IMG/VR virus record: IMGVR_UViG_3300020731_000012
Span: 31,827 to 95,826 of that record
DNA: 64,000 nt
DNA from: a virus
Strand: one strand, 5' to 3'
The notes under the pieces are model-generated. The model was not told the origin of the DNA. It saw only the letters and a list, made by a program, of their open reading frames with translations, and made no database searches. Numbering within the stretch: position 1 is the first letter of the stretch; every line of letters starts with the position of its first letter. Below, piece by piece: positions 59,902 to 64,000 of the stretch. A program made the position numbers and the translations under genes.

Positions 59902-60438
59902 ATGCGATTAAGAGAACTATTCCAAGAAGGCCTTGTTAAACAACTGGCACAAGATCTCCTGCACTTGTCAGATCAAGAGTTTGTCAAACTCTACGGCAGA
60001 AGCAAAGCTGAGTTTAAACCAGCGGCAGCTCCTGTCAAATCAGCACAGTCTGCAACAGCTAGCGCATTTGATCTCAAACGTGTGCCCAAAGGTTACCCAC
60101 AACCTCCGTGGGATTTGAATACTGTAAAGAGCTATTGGCAGTTAATGGGCTATCGAGGTGATCCCTATGCGGCCTATATGAAAGGTTATCGCGGCCCCAA
60201 GCTGACTGAGCCTAGTGAAGCTGTAGGGGACAATGTACTAGCTCCATGGGGCGATAAAGGAGCTAGACATCACCAAATGGAAGCGGGTAACGCACCTAAA
60301 TACTATATAATACCCAATGGTGAAGACTCACGTGTAGTACACATTGAATCAGGCACTATACCCTACGCAGGCACTCTAGCTGAGTGTCAACTGTGGATTA
60401 GAGCACATGATCCACAGGGCACTTATAACTTTGAATAA
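59902..60438 (+). CDS. hypothetical protein
   Basis: MRLRELFQE start, 4 nt after TAAATA. Confidence 0.6.
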   Translation: MRLRELFQEGLVKQLAQDLLHLSDQEFVKLYGRSKAEFKPAAAPVKSAQSATASAFDLKRVPKGYPQPPWDLNTVKSYWQLMGYRGDPYAAYMKGYRGPKLTEPSEAVGDNVLAPWGDKGARHHQMEAGNAPKYYIIPNGEDSRVVHIESGTIPYAGTLAECQLWIRAHDPQGTYNFE

Positions 60439-60486
60439 GATCCCAAATGGGTCTAGCAAGATAAAAAAATAGTCTGCAAAAAAAAT

Positions 60487-60705
60487 TTACGAAGTACTTA
60501 GGGGAAACCCAGTGGCCAAATCACGGTCAAGATCTACTGGGGGACATGAGTCTGCGTACCATAGATAAAACTCTGTATATAAGTCTTCTGGCACCCAAAA
60601 GCGTGTGCGATTTAGGTGTACTTCAAACTGGATATCGTTGTGAAATATCCACAGAAATACTTCTCTTGAGTGTGGATGCATTGTGAGTATATAGTGCTGT
60701 CTCAT
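60487..60705 (-). CDS. small hypothetical protein
   Basis: MRQHYILT...EVHLNRTRFWVP; start uncertain (ORF extends to 60798). Confidence 0.5.
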   Translation of the reverse strand: MRQHYILTMHPHSREVFLWIFHNDIQFEVHLNRTRFWVPEDLYTEFYLWYADSCPPVDLDRDLATGFPLSTS

Positions 60706-60807
60706 TGATCTAGCCCGAGAAAATCCTGTAGTAGAATGCCTAGCCAACAGCATAACAAGCTGGAAATGGGAGTTAGTATACAGGTAAGGACGATCCAAAA
60801 TAGTTGT

Positions 60808-60972
60808 TCAAGCACGATGAGTTTCCAATTGATATTCTAGCTTACTTAACAATCGTCCAACGCCATTGTGTGTAGGATGTATATAGTAGGTTGATAACCA
60901 TACTAGACGGCCACTATCCACTCGAGTGGGCCACCATGCAAAACAAGGATGATATGTATAGACGCAGGACAT
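60808..60972 (-). CDS. small hypothetical protein
   Basis: FAWWPTRVDSGRLVWLSTY motif; GGCTATATACTGTAT before ATG 60972. Confidence 0.45.
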   Translation of the reverse strand: MSCVYTYHPCFAWWPTRVDSGRLVWLSTYYIHPTHNGVGRLLSKLEYQLETHRA

Positions 60973-61169
60973 ATACAGTATATAGCCCAAATGGGTCTTT
61001 TGCAGATAAAAAACGAGTCGCGTAAAAAATTATAAAGAAGTACTTAAACTTTTGAGGTGGTGTTTTTACCTCGGTACCCATGCGCTGTTGCGCTTGCACT
61101 ATTATTGTGCATGTATATACCCCTCACCCCTCGCCCTCATCACTGTCTCATGCCCCCGATGTCTCGACC

Positions 61170-61310
61170 AAAAAAATCCCCTGACCAACCGGGAGCGAAT
61201 CGGAATTATGAGTCAGGGGACACACTGCCGAACAACCTAGTGGGAGCGAATCACGTCAGCTGTTCTCCTGTAGGGGCTTATTCTCGTAGTAGTATGCCCC
61301 TACCCTACAG
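61170..61310 (-). ncRNA. candidate structured small RNA with two AUUCGCUCC loops and an intrinsic terminator
   Basis: Three consecutive hairpins; 11-bp repeat GGGAGCGAATC (+ strand) at 61191 and 61242, each in a loop; last stem followed by 7 T on the minus strand. Confidence 0.6.
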
Positions 61311-61316
61311 TATACG

Positions 61317-62210
61317 CTAGCGAGTGCCGCGCATACATGTAACTTCTGCTACAGCTTGCCACTTGTCGGGCATGCTGGCTGCCAAGTCTGCTACCTTGAG
61401 CACAGTACGCAAGCTCAGCTCACGCATGCGATGCTTGTTGGCATCTACGAACTCAACTACTTCTAGCTTGCGCTCATCACTAAGCTCGTATGAGTCCAAC
61501 ATGCCATGCTCTGTTACTACCTGCTTGATGCGCAAGACCTTCTCACGCTCTGTGTCGATAGTCAAGTCTAAGTAGTGGCAACGGCTTTCTAGTGCTTCTA
61601 AGTGATCGCGTAGTTTGGCACTCTTGACGTGATCGAACTTGATGTTGGTAATAAAGATAGCACCACCCTTGAACTCAAATGAGTTGGGCACACCTTCACT
61701 ACGTAGCAAGCGACTGTCAGTGTTCCAATGGATCATACGCTTCTTTGATGTATCCAGGGCTGCCTTTAGGATGTTCAAACTTAGATCATCTAACAGTACA
61801 GAGTCGCAGTCATCAAACACTAGGATTGACTTCTTGTCTGAGTACTCATAGAGCTTTGAGTACAGGCCAATGGCACTCATAGCACCTTTGACTACTTCGT
61901 ACTTCTTCAGCTTCTTGTCGTCTGCGATATCAGCAAACACATCATGCTTTGAGAGTACTTTCTCTACACCAAAGGATTTACCTACGCCTGGAGGGCCTGT
62001 TACGATCATAGCTCGCACATCACCACGCTTGACAGCACGGGTCATGTCATCTAAGATCTCAAAGCGATCGCGGAGTCTATTGAGAATTGACTCATCACTC
62101 TCGTGTGCAATGTCTTTCTTTACGGGTTCTACTTCAAGGCTTGATACCTTGGCTTTTGGTTGTTTCTGTAAGGCCATCATCATCTTTGAACTGTTAACTA
62201 CTGATACCAT
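61317..62210 (-). CDS. AAA+-type P-loop ATPase
   Basis: GPPGVGKS Walker A, ILVFDDCD Walker B, IFITN sensor, ALESR arginine finger. Confidence 0.85.
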   Translation of the reverse strand: MVSVVNSSKMMMALQKQPKAKVSSLEVEPVKKDIAHESDESILNRLRDRFEILDDMTRAVKRGDVRAMIVTGPPGVGKSFGVEKVLSKHDVFADIADDKKLKKYEVVKGAMSAIGLYSKLYEYSDKKSILVFDDCDSVLLDDLSLNILKAALDTSKKRMIHWNTDSRLLRSEGVPNSFEFKGGAIFITNIKFDHVKSAKLRDHLEALESRCHYLDLTIDTEREKVLRIKQVVTEHGMLDSYELSDERKLEVVEFVDANKHRMRELSLRTVLKVADLAASMPDKWQAVAEVTCMRGTR

Positions 62211-62242
62211 TGTCGCTCCTTATACGCTGTTGGAAAGTATTA

Positions 62243-62271
62243 ATTATAAGGGGTTTCCCCCTTGATGTCAA
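62243..62271 (-). promoter_or_regulatory. early sigma70 promoter
   Basis: TTGACA-N17-TATAAT. Confidence 0.9.
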
Positions 62272-62591
62272 TCCATTCGGCTGCCGCCGTAGGCCTTGAG
62301 TCCCAACTTGGTCAAGTAGTCAGCATAGGCATAGGCCCCTGCTTCTTTGACTGAAATGCTCTGTGTAGGAATGCCTGCTGGATCCCACATGCTCAAGCAC
62401 TTTGGTTTGTAGTCCTTGCGGAAACCTGCGGCAATCAACTCTTTTGCCTGGGCTGAGTTTGTGCGATCTACATAGACCTCAACCCAACCAAAACCACAAG
62501 CATCACGCTCGCCTACCTTGGCGTACATGTCACGACCTGCTTGCTCTGCTACTCGCTTACCTGCACGGATCAATTCTGCTGTTACTAACAT
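62268..62591 (-). CDS. conserved early hypothetical protein
   Basis: ACGFGWV...QS...KEAGA.AYA..L...G......SRMD pattern; GGAGCGAA RBS. Confidence 0.75.
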   Translation of the reverse strand: MLVTAELIRAGKRVAEQAGRDMYAKVGERDACGFGWVEVYVDRTNSAQAKELIAAGFRKDYKPKCLSMWDPAGIPTQSISVKEAGAYAYADYLTKLGLKAYGGSRMD

Positions 62592-62623
62592 AAGTTCGCT
62601 CCTTTTGTTAACGTTAAAACAAT

Positions 62624-62652
62624 ATTATATTATCTAAGTGTGGGATTGTCAA
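62624..62652 (-). promoter_or_regulatory. early sigma70 promoter
   Basis: TTGACA-N17-TATAAT. Confidence 0.9.
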
Positions 62653-62857
62653 CCAGTTTACGCATGGTTTCTTCAGTGCCAGAATTGGCATATCTTGCGC
62701 CCAGGGCTAGGAATGCCAAGCCGATCAAAGTGAATGCAAATAGATATAGACCGTCGTATGTAAGTAGATCCACTGACTGCTCGACTCCGCCTACTGAGCC
62801 TAGCAACATGATCAGGCCTGCGTTGAGGAATAAGACTGCTTTTTGCTGTGGTGACAT
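62630..62857 (-). CDS. small two-TM membrane protein
   Basis: Two hydrophobic segments around GSVGGVE; GGAGCGAA RBS. Confidence 0.7.
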   Translation of the reverse strand: MSPQQKAVLFLNAGLIMLLGSVGGVEQSVDLLTYDGLYLFAFTLIGLAFLALGARYANSGTEETMRKLVDNPTLR

Positions 62858-62890
62858 AAGTTTCGCTCCTTAAGTGTTTAATGTCTAATA

Positions 62891-62919
62891 ATTATAGCGC
62901 CTAGTGGGCTGGCTGTCAA
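62891..62919 (-). promoter_or_regulatory. early sigma70 promoter
   Basis: TTGACA-N17-TATAAT. Confidence 0.9.
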
Positions 62920-62922
62920 GCC

Positions 62923-63285
62923 CTAAATGAACTCGCAGACAAAGCCATCTGGCTCTACTTCTGCTAAGGGCAAGAGCATGACTGCAGGGTATGCGATGCT
63001 TCCTTCATACTCCAGCTGGCTCTTTTCGAACGGAGTCATGAATGAGTCCTCTACGATGCCGTAGCCTGTGATATACTGACGGCTACCAACATCATCCCAC
63101 TCAATGCGGGTACGGAGCACCTGGATCAACTCTTCGATGTGCTCGGCGCTAGGCTCTTGGGCACCCAACTGATAGAAATAGTCCTCACCACCTTTGAACT
63201 TCCAATGCTGGGGGCAAGCACCTAGACCGTCCCAATCGTGGGCACCGTAGTTTTCCATGTATTGCGTAACGATATGTAATTTCAT
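62923..63285 (-). CDS. conserved early hypothetical protein
   Basis: MKLHIVTQYMENYGAHDWDG...WKFKGG; GGAGCGA RBS fixes start at 63285. Confidence 0.75.
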   Translation of the reverse strand: MKLHIVTQYMENYGAHDWDGLGACPQHWKFKGGEDYFYQLGAQEPSAEHIEELIQVLRTRIEWDDVGSRQYITGYGIVEDSFMTPFEKSQLEYEGSIAYPAVMLLPLAEVEPDGFVCEFI

Positions 63286-63316
63286 TGCTCGCTCCAATTA
63301 ATTAACTTATACAGCT

Positions 63317-63345
63317 ATTATACGGCCTTTTGGCTTACTTGTCAA
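63317..63345 (-). promoter_or_regulatory. early sigma70 promoter
   Basis: TTGACA-N17-TATAAT. Confidence 0.9.
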
Positions 63346-63655
63346 GCCTGACGATCATACCCTGTGGCGTACTAACAACACTGTAGCCGTTAGCGGTAAA
63401 CAGGTCGAGGACTTCTCTAGCCAACTGATCTTTACGGCGAGCACCTTCTGCTTTGACTGCTATGAACTTCTTGCGATAGTTGATATAGAGCTTAGAGTAG
63501 GTAAAGGCTGTGTCGATTAGATCACGCACTGATAACGCTCTACGAATCTGCTCTTGTGAGTAGTGGCTCTTGTTGTTTGAATTGCGACGATCAGCATCAA
63601 TAGCCGCCGCGAATGCAAAGATGCCTGCTTCTTTAGTATCTAATTCTTGTAACAT
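63335..63655 (-). CDS. early hypothetical protein
   Basis: 106 aa, GGAGCGAA RBS, own promoter. Confidence 0.7.
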   Translation of the reverse strand: MLQELDTKEAGIFAFAAAIDADRRNSNNKSHYSQEQIRRALSVRDLIDTAFTYSKLYINYRKKFIAVKAEGARRKDQLAREVLDLFTANGYSVVSTPQGMIVRLDK

Positions 63656-63685
63656 GGTTCGCTCCTTTTATCTAACTATAAGTCT

Positions 63686-63714
63686 ATTATACGGCCTTTT
63701 GGCTCAGTTGTCAA
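63686..63714 (-). promoter_or_regulatory. early sigma70 promoter
   Basis: TTGACA-N17-TATAAT; shares 21-bp CTATTATACGGCCTTTTGGCT with the 63317 promoter. Confidence 0.9.
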
Positions 63715-63716
63715 CC

Positions 63717-63935
63717 TTAGAGTTTAATTAAATCAGTTGAACCGATGCTAGCCACTGTAGGGTCGATGTTAGTGAAGCTGGCCTTTACAGGGCGAACTTG
63801 AGCACGAACAGTGCCTAGCTTCTCAACTACCCCAATAACAAGACTGCCAGCATTGTGCCAGCTGACCATTGCTACACGATCGCCTACCTTGATCTCTTTA
63901 CCTTGCATGTCTTTGAGTTGAGTTGCTGTTTTCAT
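63717..63935 (-). CDS. small SH3-like early protein
   Basis: KDMQGKEIKVGDRVA pattern; GGAGCGAA RBS. Confidence 0.65.
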   Translation of the reverse strand: MKTATQLKDMQGKEIKVGDRVAMVSWHNAGSLVIGVVEKLGTVRAQVRPVKASFTNIDPTVASIGSTDLIKL

Positions 63936-63969
63936 AAGTTTCGCTCCTTATTTGTTAGTGTATGTGTAT

Positions 63970-63998
63970 ATTATAGCAAGTTCTAGCCAAACCGTCAA
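63970..63998 (-). promoter_or_regulatory. early sigma70 promoter
   Basis: TTGACG-N17-TATAAT. Confidence 0.85.
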
Positions 63999-64000
63999 CC

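Larger units (their letters stand above)
60442..61046. repeat. imperfect ~60-bp direct repeat (60442-60500 and 60986-61046)
   Basis: CCCAAATGGGTCT..GCA.GATAAAAAA..AGTC.GC..AAAAAATT...GAAGTACTTA in both copies. Confidence 0.75.

Noticed and set aside
59720-60990. LexA SOS boxes at the TACTGTAT motifs
   Set aside because: Only half-sites; the CTGT-N8-ACAG palindrome is not completed
61170-61310. tRNA
   Set aside because: No T-loop (GTTCGA) or D-loop consensus and no cloverleaf; no tRNA recognised anywhere in the window
61057-61320. Plus-strand ORFs 61052..61240 and 61057..61320
   Set aside because: No RBS or recognisable motifs; they overlay the hairpin-rich element better explained as RNA
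50-62873. Numerous short antisense or alternate-frame ORFs in the track (e.g. 925..1128, 22502..22786, 33328..33570, 61870..62265)
   Set aside because: They lie within well-supported genes and are shadow ORFs of biased codon usage
62211-63998. CRISPR-like array suggested by recurring AAGTTTCGCTCCT repeats
   Set aside because: Repeats are short, hundreds of bp apart and separated by full ORFs; they are RBS/promoter elements
1-64000. Stop-codon recoding as in some jumbo phages
   Set aside because: Core genes are full length in the standard code and TAA, TAG and TGA all serve as real stops

Overview
This window is a 64-kb segment of a large T4-like (Tevenvirinae-type) myovirus genome in the standard genetic code; the host is probably Gram-negative (porin, sigma70 promoters). 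Layout: (i) 1-4.2 kb, tail-fibre/virion genes; (ii) 4.2-16.6 kb, an accessory island with nine 2OG-Fe(II) oxygenases, two flavin-dependent halogenases, a peptidase-U32/methyltransferase fusion, an inner-membrane transporter and a porin; (iii) 16.6-35.5 kb, neck (gp13/14/15), dNMP kinase, sheath, tube, gp4, terminase and candidate internal head proteins; (iv) 35.6-50 kb, replication/recombination genes (gp32, UvsX/Y/W, gp62-like, primase, helicase) with an embedded 190-aa mini-DnaE, a carbamoyltransferase plus an unannotated 38-aa partner ORF, and an MCD-like GNAT; (v) 50-58 kb, a second fibre/structural cluster; (vi) 58-61.3 kb, a junction with GC-rich hairpins and repeats; (vii) 61.3-64 kb, six minus-strand early genes, each with its own TTGACR-N17-TATAAT promoter and a shared GGAGCGA ribosome-binding site. 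The most striking unexplained element is a structured ~140-nt RNA at 61170-61310. It displays two AUUCGCUCC loops complementary to that shared early-gene RBS and is a candidate phage trans-acting anti-RBS sRNA. Many late genes also appear to be leaderless (TAAATA 4-6 nt before the ATG). All product calls come from motif recognition by eye; no database searches or folding programs were run.
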